A stretch of DNA of 64,000 bases from Terriglobia bacterium (GTDB lineage Bacteria > Acidobacteriota > Terriglobia > JAJPHL01 > JAPKYU01): assembly GCA_965206645.1 (NCBI GenBank), contig CBDBKE010000004.1, positions 960,001-1,024,000 on the forward strand. The letters are read 5' to 3'. The position numbers and the translations under genes are program-made. The notes under the pieces were generated by a model that saw only the letters and a program-made list of their open reading frames with translations, ran no database searches and had not been told where the DNA came from. Of the stretch, positions 31,387 to 41,662 are shown in pieces; positions within the stretch are counted from its first letter, which is position 1, and every line of letters begins with the position of its first letter.

Positions 31387-33465
31387 CTACACTCCCTGAA
31401 CGGTCGAAGTTTGTTCTTTGCTCACGACGATTTCAGAAAAATCGGCCACTCGCGTGAAGGCACGCAGCAGCCAGGCCAGCAGGGTCAGGCGATTCTGGCG
31501 AACACGCTCGTCGTTGGCCATCACCAGAACCTGATCGAAGTAAGCATCCACCAGGGGCCGCAACCCTGCGATGCGCCGCAGCACGGCTTCGTAATCCAGA
31601 CTTTCTTTGGTTTCCTCAATAATACGCCGAGCTTCAGCGTAGAGATCGGCCTCGGCGCCCGCTTCCAGCAGCGACGCGTCGGGCTCGCCGGAAAACTGAC
31701 CAGCACCGCCAGCTTTCGTCAAAATATTCCTGATCCGCTTGAAGGCCGCCGAGAGCGGCTCAAAGTTTTCCGTCGGCCGCACGCGCGCAAGAGCTTGGCA
31801 CCGCGCAACCGCATCCGGCACATCACCGGAGGAGCCAGCGAGAACCGCATTCACCTCGTCGGAGCGGAAACTGAGCACCTCGCGCAGGTAGTAGCGGAGC
31901 CGATCCAGAAAGAAGTCGCGTAAGTCACGAGCGGCTTCCGGAGTGGGTTGCGCAGCGGCAATTAAATCCTCCAGCCTGGCGCGCAGTCCGTGGTCGGCCA
32001 GAATTTTGACCACTCCCTGGGCCGACCGGCGCAGCGCCAAGGGGTCACTGGAACCGCTGGGCTTCAGGCCAACGGAAAAGCAACCGGCCAAGGTGTCCAG
32101 CTTGTCGGCCAGAGCCACCAGCGCCCCGGCTGGTGTGCGGGGCGAGCGGTCCTCCATGCTCTGCGGCTTGTAGTGGTCGTAGATCGCGTCTGCGACTTCG
32201 CCCGGCTCGCTCTGCGCTCGAGCGTAGAGACCGCCAACCAACCCCTGCAACTCAGTGAACTCTTTCACCAGCTCCGTGGTGAGGTCGCATTTAGCCAGCT
32301 CGGCAGCTCGGACTGCAGCTTCCACGGGCGCCCGCGGCACGGAGTCCGACAGCCTCTTCACGAGCGCCATGTTGCGTTCCGTCTTCTGCCGGTAGTTGCC
32401 CAATTGCGACTGAAAGGTGACGTGTTCCAGCAGCGCCAGACGGTCCCGCAGCGGAATCTTCTGGTCTGTTTCCCAGAAGAACCGCGCGTCATTGAAGCGC
32501 GCGCGCAGCACGCGTTCATTGCCGTGGCGAATGACGCCACTCGGGTCACTGTCCAGGTTCATCACGAAGATGAACCGCGGCGCCAGCCGCCCTTTAGCAT
32601 CCGAGACTGATAGGTACTTCTGGTGGTGCTGCATCACCGTCACCAGCACCTCCTCCGGCAACTCCAGGTAAGCGGCGTCAAATTGGCCTATCGCTGCCGT
32701 GGGAAATTCGGTCAGGTGCACCAGTGTATCCAACAGCTCCGGATTGTCGCGGAGCCGCAAGCCGTCACTCTGGCGCTGCAATAAGACATTGGCCTCAGCC
32801 AGGATTTTTGCGCGGCGCTCGGACGGCTTCAGAAGCACGCCGTTCTCTCGGAGCACACGCGCGTATTGTTCAAAGCCGGTTACTTTCAGCCTGCCCTTCC
32901 CTATCGCTCGATGGCCGAACGTGTAGCGGCTGCTGGCTACCCCGGCCATCTCAAAGGGCACGACGCGGCCCTCGTAGAGCGCCAGCAGCCAGCGGAGGGG
33001 CCGCACAAAACGTTCTCGCTCTGGTCTCCAGTACATCGCCTTAGCAAAGCGAATGCTGAGAATACCGTGCGGGAGCTGTTTTGCGAGGATGTCCTTGATT
33101 TTCTCTCCCTTTTTTTTCTTGCGAAGGACCCAATACTCACCCTTCGGTTGGCTCTCAAGTCGCAGCCTCTTCCGTGGCACAGCGTGCTTGCGCGCAAAAC
33201 CCTCGACAGCCTGATCCGGGGCGCTTTTTGGAGGCCCTATGAGAAGCTCCACGGTATCGGGCTGCTGAGATGGAAGGGCCGGCACATGAGCCACGAGGCG
33301 GCGAGGGGTGGCGTAGGTGTCAATTGGCAGCGACTCATCGAAAGGGAGATTGGTTGAGAAGAAGAGGGCCCTGAGCCAGTTGCGAAGGTCGAAAAGAGCA
33401 CCCTCAATCATCCAGGCTGGTATTTCTTCGGTGCCGATTTCCAGGAGGAATTCGCTAGTCGGCAA
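31387..33465 (-). CDS. glyS: Glycine--tRNA ligase beta subunit
   Basis: [40 protein letters not shown]. Confidence 0.96.
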   Translation of the reverse strand: MPTSEFLLEIGTEEIPAWMIEGALFDLRNWLRALFFSTNLPFDESLPIDTYATPRRLVAHVPALPSQQPDTVELLIGPPKSAPDQAVEGFARKHAVPRKRLRLESQPKGEYWVLRKKKKGEKIKDILAKQLPHGILSIRFAKAMYWRPERERFVRPLRWLLALYEGRVVPFEMAGVASSRYTFGHRAIGKGRLKVTGFEQYARVLRENGVLLKPSERRAKILAEANVLLQRQSDGLRLRDNPELLDTLVHLTEFPTAAIGQFDAAYLELPEEVLVTVMQHHQKYLSVSDAKGRLAPRFIFVMNLDSDPSGVIRHGNERVLRARFNDARFFWETDQKIPLRDRLALLEHVTFQSQLGNYRQKTERNMALVKRLSDSVPRAPVEAAVRAAELAKCDLTTELVKEFTELQGLVGGLYARAQSEPGEVADAIYDHYKPQSMEDRSPRTPAGALVALADKLDTLAGCFSVGLKPSGSSDPLALRRSAQGVVKILADHGLRARLEDLIAAAQPTPEAARDLRDFFLDRLRYYLREVLSFRSDEVNAVLAGSSGDVPDAVARCQALARVRPTENFEPLSAAFKRIRNILTKAGGAGQFSGEPDASLLEAGAEADLYAEARRIIEETKESLDYEAVLRRIAGLRPLVDAYFDQVLVMANDERVRQNRLTLLAWLLRAFTRVADFSEIVVSKEQTSTVQGV

Positions 33466-34432
33466 CGGTCCCGGCCTCCTTGGGAATCCCGGCGCTGTCG
33501 GCAGCATCCTGCTGCTGGACCGGTGGCTCGGTTGCACGCTGCCCCACCCAGGCCCGGGCTACCCCAACCGCCAGCTCGCGCACGCGGCCGATGACGGCCA
33601 CCCGCTCGGTCACGCTGATGGCCCCGCGCGAGTCCAGCAGGTTGAACAGGTGCGAGCACTTCAGCACCAGGTCGTAGGCGGCCAGCACGGGGAAGCGGCG
33701 CTTCTCGGCTGGGTCTCGCGCGCCCTCATGTTCGCGCAGAAGGCGGTGGCATTCGTTCTCGTGCAGTGCGAACGCCTGCCAGAGCGAGCCGATGTCGGCC
33801 TTCTCGAAGTTATATACGGAAAACTGCAGTTCCTCGGCGTGGCGCACGTCGCGATAGGTGTAGACCTGCCCACCGCGGGCCGGCGCGTTCCAGGCGATGT
33901 CATAGACGCTGTCCACGTCCTGCAGAAAGGCGGCGATGCGCTCCAGCCCGTAGGTCAGCTCCACCGGCACCGGGTCCAGGTCGAAGCCGCCGCATTGCTG
34001 GAAGTAGGTGAACTGGGTGATTTCCAGACCGTCCAGCATCACCTGCCAGCCAATGCCCCAGGCCCCCAGGGTGGGCGCCTCCCAGTTGTCCTCTTCGAAC
34101 TTGATGTCGTGATGCCGCAGGTGAATGCCGATGCGCTCCAAGCTCTTCAGGTACAGGTCCTGGACGTCGGGCGGAGTTGGCTTCAGGACCACCTGAAGCT
34201 GCAAGTGCTTGTAGAGGCGGTTGGGGTTGTCGCCGTAGCGCCCGTCTGCAGGCCGCCGGCTCGGCTGCACGTAGGCCACCCGGTAGGGCTCCGGACCCAG
34301 CACCCGCAGGAAGGTCTCCGGGCACATCGTGCCAGCGCCGACCTCCACGTCGTAAGGCGTCTGGATGATGCACCCTTGATCGGCCCAGAATTTTTGGAGC
34401 TGGAAGATCAGGTCCTGGAAACTCAAGCTCAT
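33455..34432 (-). CDS. glyQ: Glycine--tRNA ligase alpha subunit
   Basis: [37 protein letters not shown]. Confidence 0.97.
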   Translation of the reverse strand: MSLSFQDLIFQLQKFWADQGCIIQTPYDVEVGAGTMCPETFLRVLGPEPYRVAYVQPSRRPADGRYGDNPNRLYKHLQLQVVLKPTPPDVQDLYLKSLERIGIHLRHHDIKFEEDNWEAPTLGAWGIGWQVMLDGLEITQFTYFQQCGGFDLDPVPVELTYGLERIAAFLQDVDSVYDIAWNAPARGGQVYTYRDVRHAEELQFSVYNFEKADIGSLWQAFALHENECHRLLREHEGARDPAEKRRFPVLAAYDLVLKCSHLFNLLDSRGAISVTERVAVIGRVRELAVGVARAWVGQRATEPPVQQQDAADSAGIPKEAGTVAD

Positions 34433-34556
34433 TGGTTGAGTGATGATTGTCCCATTGAAGGTTGATTCATTGCCGACTGAACGGCTCGGAACCAATCGGC
34501 CAATGGATCGATCGTCAAGAACCCAATCGTCAACGATTCAATCAGAATCGTCAATC
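34431..34556. repeat. Opposed degenerate short-unit arrays (ATTG-rich then CAATCG-rich) between recO and glyQ
   Basis: CAATCGGC, CAATGGAT, CAATCGTC, CAACGATT, CAATCAGA facing GATTG/CATTG units. Confidence 0.55.
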
Positions 34557-35293
34557 TTCTCGAGCGCGGCGCGGGTCACGAGCCTGCGCTCGACGTGAGC
34601 TTCGATGCGCTGCTCGAGGAAGTGGCGCAGGTCCGCGGCCACTCCCTTGTGCCAGTTGCTGGGGCCCAGTCGGTCCAGCGACACCCGCAACATCTTCCTG
34701 GCCAGCGCACGCGAGGCCGGGGCCAGCTCTTGCGCCCCGCCGGGCCGGCAGGCCGCGCAGTGCAGGCCCGGCGAGTAAGCCTGGAAAAAGGCAGCCGCGC
34801 CAGGCTCCAGTTCTGCCCCGCAACCGGTGCAGCGTTCCAAGGAGGGCAGCAGCCCGGCCAGCCGCACCACCCACAGGTCGTAGTACGTTAACGCCGGCCA
34901 GATCTGTCCCGTGAGCCGCAGACTTTCCAGCGCCACCAGCAGCAAGCGAAACAGCGCATCGTTGGGCTCACGCTCCGGCAGCAGTTGCTCGCAAACTTCT
35001 GCCAGGTAGCTGCAGGCCACCGCGGCGGCGTAGTCCTTCTGGATCTCGAAGTAGGAGCGGATCAGCTCGCAGGAGTCAATGTTGACTAGCTCGCTCGTCT
35101 CTCGCTCGAAGTACCAGAGGCGGACGTGCGACAGCGGCTCCAGCCCCGTCCCGAAGCGGCTGCGAAGCCGCCGTGACCGGGGCGCCACCCCCCGAGTCTT
35201 GCCGTAAGTGCGGGAAAAAAAGCTGACGATCTTGTCAGCCTCCTTCAGGGGATAGGTCCGCAGAATAATCGCTTCGGTTTCCCTGGCCGGCAT
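34538..35293 (-). CDS. recO: DNA repair protein RecO
   Basis: EAIILRTYPLKEADKIV, CTGC...CAAC zinc finger; upstream of glyQS. Confidence 0.95.
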   Translation of the reverse strand: MPARETEAIILRTYPLKEADKIVSFFSRTYGKTRGVAPRSRRLRSRFGTGLEPLSHVRLWYFERETSELVNIDSCELIRSYFEIQKDYAAAVACSYLAEVCEQLLPEREPNDALFRLLLVALESLRLTGQIWPALTYYDLWVVRLAGLLPSLERCTGCGAELEPGAAAFFQAYSPGLHCAACRPGGAQELAPASRALARKMLRVSLDRLGPSNWHKGVAADLRHFLEQRIEAHVERRLVTRAALEKIDDSD

Positions 35294-35479
35294 GGCGCCT
35301 GTGGCGCTTCTTCGACCGCCGCCCGCACAGCGCGGCGCCAACAGCCGAAGCTACCACATGGCTTCCGGCAAACGCAACCCGCGGCGGCAGATGCGCGAAC
35401 TCAAGCTGGTACCCCTGGCCTGCGCTCGGCTGTTGGCGCCGCAACCCGCGTGGTACAATCATCGCTCGCACAGGAGAAG

Positions 35480-36427
35480 ATGAAGCCCAACTCCCACTTT
35501 GATCTGGTTGGCATGGGTGCCAATGCCACCGACACCGTCATCATCGTTCCTCACTACCCGGAATACAACACCAAGATGGCTTATTTAGAAGAGCGGACGG
35601 AAGCCGGAGGGAACGTAGCGACGGCCGTGATCGCCTGCCAGAAGCTCGGCAAGCACTGCAAGTACATCGGGGTTGTGGGGGATGACGAGCGAGCGCGGTT
35701 CCAGATCGAAAGCCTTCGATGCACCGGGGTAGACATCAGCGACGTGCAGGAGATATCGGGCTGCCCCAACCAGAGTGCCTACATCCTGATTGACCGGCGC
35801 ACGGGCGAGCGCACCGTGTTGTGGTACCGGCACCCGCGGCTGGTCTTGCAGCCGGAAATGCTGTCGCGCGAGCAGGTCTGCGCGGGACGCATGCTGCACG
35901 TGGACGGCCATGATGTGGGCTCCACATCGCTGGCCGCGTCCTGGGCGCAACAAGCCAGCATCCCTGTCACCTGCGACATGGACACCCTGCGCGACGACGT
36001 GGACCGGCTGCTCCAGCACGTGGACTATTTCATATGTTCCGCCATCTTTCCCAAGCGTTACACCGGGGAGCACGACCCCTTTAAGGCCCTGGAAATCCTG
36101 CGCGGGGAGTTTCAGATGCAGGTGGCGGCCATGACGCTGGGCGCCGACGGCGTGCTGGCCTTGTCCGAGTCCGGCTACCTCTATCGCCCCGCCTATGAAG
36201 TGGACCCCGTGGATACCACCGGGGCCGGCGACGTCTTTCACGGCGCCTTCTGCTACGCTCTGCTGGAAGGTTGGCCGCTGGAGCAGGCGTTGGATTTCTC
36301 TTGCGCCGTGGCGTCGTTGAGTTGCACCAAATTTGGAGCTCGCGGCGGCATTCCTGCTCTGTCCGAGGCGCTGGCTCTGATGCAGGGCGCTCCCCGCAAG
36401 GCCAACCACGAATACATGGTCCGATGA
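35480..36427 (+). CDS. PfkB family carbohydrate kinase
   Basis: GGNVATA, VGDD, DTTGAGDVFHGA. Confidence 0.92.
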   Translation: MKPNSHFDLVGMGANATDTVIIVPHYPEYNTKMAYLEERTEAGGNVATAVIACQKLGKHCKYIGVVGDDERARFQIESLRCTGVDISDVQEISGCPNQSAYILIDRRTGERTVLWYRHPRLVLQPEMLSREQVCAGRMLHVDGHDVGSTSLAASWAQQASIPVTCDMDTLRDDVDRLLQHVDYFICSAIFPKRYTGEHDPFKALEILRGEFQMQVAAMTLGADGVLALSESGYLYRPAYEVDPVDTTGAGDVFHGAFCYALLEGWPLEQALDFSCAVASLSCTKFGARGGIPALSEALALMQGAPRKANHEYMVR

Positions 36428-37128
36428 TCCCACTGCGCGACAACGCGCCCCGCTACTCGGCGCCGTTCATCACCGTGGGCCTCATCGTGGTCAACGTGCT
36501 GGTTTTCGTCTACCAGTGGCGGTTGGATCCCTTCAGCCTGGAGTACTTCTTCGCCCAGAACGGAGTAGTGCCCCTGCAGTTTGGGCGGTTTATGGCAGAC
36601 CCAGCGGTGCCGACGGCCCAGGGGGCCATTCCGCCGCTGCTGACTTCCATGTTTCTGCACGCCGGGGTTCTGCACCTGCTCGGCAACATGTGGTTCCTGT
36701 GGATCTTCGGCGACAACTTGGAAGACCAACTAGGCCACTTCCGCTACCTGGCCTTCTACCTGGCCTGCGGGTTGGTGGCCAGCCTGGCGCACATTTTCGC
36801 CAACCCGTCGTCGCAGATTCCCAGCGTGGGTGCCAGCGGCGCCATTGCCGGAGTCATGGGTGCCTACATGGTACTGTTCCCCGGCGCACGGGTGCTCACG
36901 CTGATCCCCTTTTTCCTGATCTTCATCAGGGAGTTGCCCGCGTGGGTCATTCTGCTCTACTGGATCGTAATCCAGGTCGTTTCCGGCCTGACCACCCTAG
37001 GCACAGCCGTTGCTTTGAATCAGGGCGGCGTAGCATGGTGGGCGCACGTGGGCGGCTTTTTCGCCGGCCTGGCGCTTGTCAAGGTCGTGGGTCGCCGGCG
37101 CCAAGTGCGGCGCTACACCGAGTGGTGA
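36424..37128 (+). CDS. Rhomboid intramembrane serine protease
   Basis: MIPLRD, HLLGNMWFL, GASGAIAG, AHVGGF. Confidence 0.95.
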   Translation: MIPLRDNAPRYSAPFITVGLIVVNVLVFVYQWRLDPFSLEYFFAQNGVVPLQFGRFMADPAVPTAQGAIPPLLTSMFLHAGVLHLLGNMWFLWIFGDNLEDQLGHFRYLAFYLACGLVASLAHIFANPSSQIPSVGASGAIAGVMGAYMVLFPGARVLTLIPFFLIFIRELPAWVILLYWIVIQVVSGLTTLGTAVALNQGGVAWWAHVGGFFAGLALVKVVGRRRQVRRYTEW

Positions 37129-37424
37129 GCCCTGAAGAGTCCCGAGGTCCAAAGTCCACGGTCGCGGGCAAAGGAGTGGAGCCGCACGGGCTGGAGGTGA
37201 CCCTCTACACGCGCCAGGGATGCCACCTCTGCGAAGAGGTCAAGCAGGTGATTGACGGCTTAAGAGAGGTAGCGGAATTTCGCCTGAAAATCTTGGATAT
37301 TGATCTGAACCACGAACTACAAGCCAGGTTCACCAACGAGGTTCCAGTCATATTTATCAACGGACGGAAGGCCTTCAAGTACCGCGTTGAGCCCAGGCAG
37401 TTGCTGCGGCGCCTCAAGCATTAA
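37125..37424 (+). CDS. Glutaredoxin-like (DUF836) protein
   Basis: VTLYTRQGCHLC, EVPVIFING; start approximate. Confidence 0.88.
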   Translation: MSPEESRGPKSTVAGKGVEPHGLEVTLYTRQGCHLCEEVKQVIDGLREVAEFRLKILDIDLNHELQARFTNEVPVIFINGRKAFKYRVEPRQLLRRLKH

Positions 37425-37433
37425 CTCCGGGCA

Positions 37434-37511
37434 AAACGCAGATGAGCGTAGCCGTGGTTTCCACGAACCTCCAGACCAACAAATCCGGATTTATCTGTGT
37501 TCATCCGTGGT
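37434..37511. repeat. Orphan copy of the CGCAGAT/ATCTGTG palindromic repeat family
   Basis: AACGCAGATGAGCG ... ATTTATCTGTGTTCATCCGTGG. Confidence 0.55.
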
Positions 37512-37528
37512 AAATCATTCTGTCTGCG

Positions 37529-38248
37529 ATGACTGTTGACGCACTGTCAATTGCCGCCCACCGCGATGACACGGAGCAGACCTGCGGGGGCACGTTGCTG
37601 AAACTGTCCGAGGCGGGCTACCGCACGGGCATCCTGGACCTGACATCGGGCGAGATGGGTACCCGCGGCACCGTCGAGCAGCGGGCCCGCGAGGCACAGG
37701 AAGCGGCGCGCTTGCTGAGCGTTCACTGGCGCGACACTCTGGGCCTGCCTGACGCCCGCGTGGAAAACACCCATGAGAACCGCCTGAAGCTGGCGGCCAA
37801 GATCCGCCAGCTTCGCCCGCGGCTCGTGTTCCTCCCCTACTGGCAGGGGCGCCATCCCGACCATTACACCGCCAGCACGCTGGGCTATGAAGCCTGCTTT
37901 CTGGCCGGCCTGAAGAAGCTCGAACTGCAGGGAGAGCCTCACCGGCCACACAAGATTCTGTATTGCACGCTCTACTACGAAGTGCGGCCCTCGTTGGTGG
38001 TGGACATCACCAACCAGTTCGAGCGGCGTCTCCAGGCCCTGCTGGCTTACCACTCGCAGTACGACGACCAGGCCGAGGGGAAGGACCTGTTTCCCTCGCA
38101 AGACGAGTTGTGCCAGCGGGTCGAGGCTCTGGCCCGCTTCTACGGGATGATGGCGGGAGTGAAATACGGCGAGCCGTTCTTGCTGAAAGAAATGCTGCTG
38201 GTCGCCGACCCAATCACCGAACTCTGCCGCGGCCGCCCCTCGATTTAG
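37529..38248 (+). CDS. bshB1: Bacillithiol biosynthesis deacetylase (PIG-L family)
   Basis: AAHRDDTE, DLTSGEMGTRG, RHPDH, HSQY, YGEPF. Confidence 0.88.
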   Translation: MTVDALSIAAHRDDTEQTCGGTLLKLSEAGYRTGILDLTSGEMGTRGTVEQRAREAQEAARLLSVHWRDTLGLPDARVENTHENRLKLAAKIRQLRPRLVFLPYWQGRHPDHYTASTLGYEACFLAGLKKLELQGEPHRPHKILYCTLYYEVRPSLVVDITNQFERRLQALLAYHSQYDDQAEGKDLFPSQDELCQRVEALARFYGMMAGVKYGEPFLLKEMLLVADPITELCRGRPSI

Positions 38249-38317
38249 CAGGCTACCGACTGGCCGTGGACGATACGAACCGGACGAGGATCTTTCCGGG
38301 TGGTAAAGAAATTGAAG

Positions 38318-40215
38318 ATGCAGTGGGCGGTAGGGATGATCCGATTCCTTGGCTTGGCACTGCTGCTGTGGCCGCTGGCGCTGCGAGCGCAGAACGGGAT
38401 TGGGCTTCCGTTGATCCTGGGACGCTCGCCTGCCCTGCTGGCCCCTGCCGTGGACGGTTCGGGGCGTATGGTAGTGTTCGGCTCAACCGTAAGCCCGGAA
38501 GGCGCCAGGCTGCCCGTGATGGACCTGTACGCAGCCACGGTTCAGGGGACAGGACTGCGTAGGCTTACTGAGCTCCCGAGCGGGCGCCAGCCTCCTCAGG
38601 GCGCCACGGCCGTCTCGATTTCACCCGATGGCGCTCAAGCTACCTTTACCGCGTTGCTGCCCTCCGGTGAGCAGCTGCATGTGGTCGAGATGGCCACCGG
38701 CACCGATCGTATCGTGGTCGTGACACCGAGGGCTGCATCCAGCCCCTACAGGTGGGTTGTCTCAACTGCTTTTTCGCCTGCCTGGACAGCCCGCACATCT
38801 CCCCCGACGGCTCCAAAGTGCTGTATTTGGCGCGGCGCCAGCAGCCCTTCTACTTGGTCAACGCGGACGGCAGCGGGCAGCTTCGTTTGCCGGTGTTCAG
38901 CGGCGCGCTGGCGCCCGCTCCGCAACGAGTGATCAGCGACAACGGGCTGGTGGTTTTCTCCAGCGCGGCCCCGTTCGGGCCGACCTTCGCACCCTCGGCC
39001 CGGGACGTTTATGTAATGAATCTAGACGGCAGCGGCATCCAGGCAGTGACCAGTTTCGGCAATGATGCTTCTGTGTTCACGCGCCACGCCACCATCAGCA
39101 CCGACAGTGCCTTCATCGCTTTTGAAAGCAACCGCGAATCAGAAACGGGCACCTCCACACAGACCACTCAGGTGTGGCTGGTGGGAGCCGACGGCATCGG
39201 CCTTCGCCTGCTCACTGACGGAAGCGAAGCCAGTCACTCCCCTTCCCTCTCGGGAGATGGCTCGCTGGTGGCTTTCGTGCGCAGCGGCCAGGTCTATATC
39301 GTTCGTTCCGACGGAACAGGCCTGCGGGCACTAACCAATTTGCAGATGTCGTCAGCCCGGCAGCCAGTGCTCAGCGAGGATGGCTCGCGAGTGGTTTTCA
39401 CCTTGGGACTCCGGAACGGCGGGCCGGGCGCCATCTACTCGATCCACACCGATGGCAGCGACCTGCTCCCGGTCTATGCGCCACCTGCTCTGAACCCCAA
39501 TGGCATTACGGGCGTGGTAGCTGGCGCCCGGCCGTCACCCGGCTCCCTGATCAGCGCCTATGGGCTCAACCTTGCGCCCGATGCCCTAGCCCTAGCGGAC
39601 GGTTTCCCCCTGCCCGAATCGCTGGCCGGCGTTTCGCTCCTGGTGAACGGGCGACCCACCCCGTTGCTGGCCGTCACACCCTGGCAGCTGAACGCGCAAC
39701 TATCGCCGGAGATTCTCAAGGGGCCCGCCGCCTTCCAGCTCCGCTTTGCCGATGGCACGCTGGCGGCTGCGACCGCCGTCGCAGTCACAACGTTCGCTCC
39801 CGCCATCTTCATCCTCCCCTCGGAAACCCCGGAAAACGGCGGCACTGTGAGGCCGACCAGGGCGCAGGCGGCAGCGTTCCACGCTGGCACCTCTGTGCCT
39901 GCCAACCCGGACCACCCAGCGGTAGCCGGCGAGTCACTGGAGATTTATGGGATCGGGTTGGGCCCTACCGATCCATTTGTCCCGGCGGGCATCCCCGCGC
40001 CGGCCTCTCCTCCGGCACGGGTGCTGGTACCGCCGGAAATATTCATGGGGGAGCTCCGGGCAGAGGTAACATTCGCCGGTCTGGCGCCGGGTGTGGCCGG
40101 CATCTATCAGGTCAACGCCATCGTGCCCGCCGGGCTGCGGCCTGGCCAGCATCTGGTGCGCTGGCGCGTCGGCGGTGTCAGCAGCTTCGGCTTCGCCACA
40201 ATTACCGTCCGCTAG
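38318..40215 (+). pseudogene. TolB/PD40 beta-propeller protein with TIGR03437-like C-terminal domain; frame break near 38721
   Basis: Repeats ISPDG, LSGDG, LSEDG; C-terminal QLNAQ...YGIGLGPT...FAGLAPGVAGIYQVN; ORFs 38300-38932 and 38752-40215 join by adding one base at GTCGT|GAC. Confidence 0.75.
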
Positions 40216-40284
40216 CAGCTGGGCGTTCACTTCTTAGCTATTTAACTATGGCTGATTGCGGCAGATTGCCGAGAGGCTCAGGGG

Positions 40285-40306
40285 GTCGCTCCCTCACGGT
40301 GGCGGC
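40285..40306. repeat. REP-like element (CGCTCCCTnACGGTnGCGGC type)
   Basis: GTCGCTCCCTCACGGTGGCGGC between convergent genes. Confidence 0.45.
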
Positions 40307-40327
40307 CGGGCAAGTCGGAGCAGCCCG

Positions 40328-40543
40328 TTAGAAGTCCGCGCTTTCCTGCGTGTAGGTGAATCCTTTCAAACCGGCGCCTTCCCCGCTCTTGTCCACTTTG
40401 ATCCGGAGCACCTCGTCGCCGTTGACACCCCGCAGCATGGCGTAGGTAGAAAAGGCTTCCGAGTAGAGCTTCGTAACCAGGTAATTGTCCCCGGTGGCGT
40501 CCTTTTTCCAAACCTGCCCAAGAAGTATGTTGCTGACGGCCAT
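40328..40543 (-). CDS. Small hypothetical protein
   Basis: 71 aa ORF with strong GGAGGAGG Shine-Dalgarno and normal composition. Confidence 0.75.
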   Translation of the reverse strand: MAVSNILLGQVWKKDATGDNYLVTKLYSEAFSTYAMLRGVNGDEVLRIKVDKSGEGAGLKGFTYTQESADF

Positions 40544-40656
40544 CAGTTCCCTCCTCCCGGAATTGGGCGAATAGTCTACTACAGTTCAGCAAGGCAGTGG
40601 GAGAGGCACAGCGCGCTTCGGGTGCAGGCGATCCCCCAGCCGGCGGTTTTCTTTAG

Positions 40657-40720
40657 CGGGGTGCCGAAAACCCCGCACGTCATTCCGAGGACCGATGCCC
40701 TTTGTCGGCCCGCGGAATCT
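40657..40720. repeat. Two adjacent REP-like hairpins
   Basis: GCGGGGTGCCGAAAACCCCGC and GTCATTCCGAGGACCGAT...GTCGGCCCGCGGAATCT. Confidence 0.55.
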
Positions 40721-40723
40721 CTG

Positions 40724-41311
40724 TCAAAGCGCATACTTCAGAAGGATGAATCCACCAATCAACAGGACGGTAAACAGGACCGCCAGGATGTCAAAATATT
40801 TCTCTATGAAGGTTCGAATCGCCGGGCCAAATTTGCAGATCAGGGACGAGATAAGAAAGAATCTAGCTGCCCTGCTGAGCGCCGAAGCCACCAGAAACAC
40901 CTTGAAGTCGGCCCTCAGAAATCCTGCGGTCAGGGTGAACACCTTGTAGGGAATCGGGGTAAAGCCGGCGATGGCCACCGCCCAGGCCTCATACTGGATG
41001 AAGTACTTGCGGACGGCGTCGAAGCTCTCGGGGTTCACGTAGTGAAACAAGATGCCTTTGGCAAGCTCCCAAAACTGCCATCCCAGCAGGTATCCGAAAG
41101 CCCCACCCAACACGGAGCCCGCTGTGCAAATCAGGGCATAGCGGAACACCTTTCTCGGGAGCGCCAGCCCCAAAGCAATGAGCAGCACGTCGGGCGGGAT
41201 GGGCAAGAAGGAGGATTCGGCGAAGGCAACGAGAAACAGCGCGGGCGCGCCGTAGGGAGTTTCTGCCCAGTGCAAGACCCAGTCGTACAGTTTTCTTAGA
41301 AGGCGCATCAC
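40724..41311 (-). CDS. YqaA/DedA family membrane protein
   Basis: LYDWVL, FAESSFLPIPPD, GFTPIPYK. Confidence 0.93.
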   Translation of the reverse strand: MMRLLRKLYDWVLHWAETPYGAPALFLVAFAESSFLPIPPDVLLIALGLALPRKVFRYALICTAGSVLGGAFGYLLGWQFWELAKGILFHYVNPESFDAVRKYFIQYEAWAVAIAGFTPIPYKVFTLTAGFLRADFKVFLVASALSRAARFFLISSLICKFGPAIRTFIEKYFDILAVLFTVLLIGGFILLKYAL

Positions 41312-41410
41312 CGTCCGCGATCATTCCTCAAGGCAGAGGCTGAGTCATCACATTGCGCGAGCGATGTTGGGATCAAGAGCCAAAGGCGGGGTCCTGTATA
41401 CCATACCCGC

Positions 41411-41497
41411 TCGGCCCGATGCACTTCGATGGGGAGCCCAGTTGCCCGAAGGGGTCCCCGGCCCAAAAGGCCCAGGCTGAAGTTGGCATCGTGGCCC
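41411..41497 (+). ncRNA. Candidate multibranched small RNA
   Basis: Closing stem GGCC-CGATGC-ACTTC with GAAGT-GCATCG-GGCC, two internal hairpins, upstream TACCAT -10-like box. Confidence 0.4.
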
Positions 41498-41662
41498 TAA
41501 GTGACTGTTGGTGTTTAAGTTAACCTCACGAACGTGACTTCCGGGCTGCTCCTGCCGAGTGAATCAGCGAAACTTTTACCCCCGGTACAGCGTTTAATGG
41601 ATATAGAGGCGCGGGCCGTCTCAATTGGTATAATGTTATTGATAGCTTCAAGGAGCCGGTTT

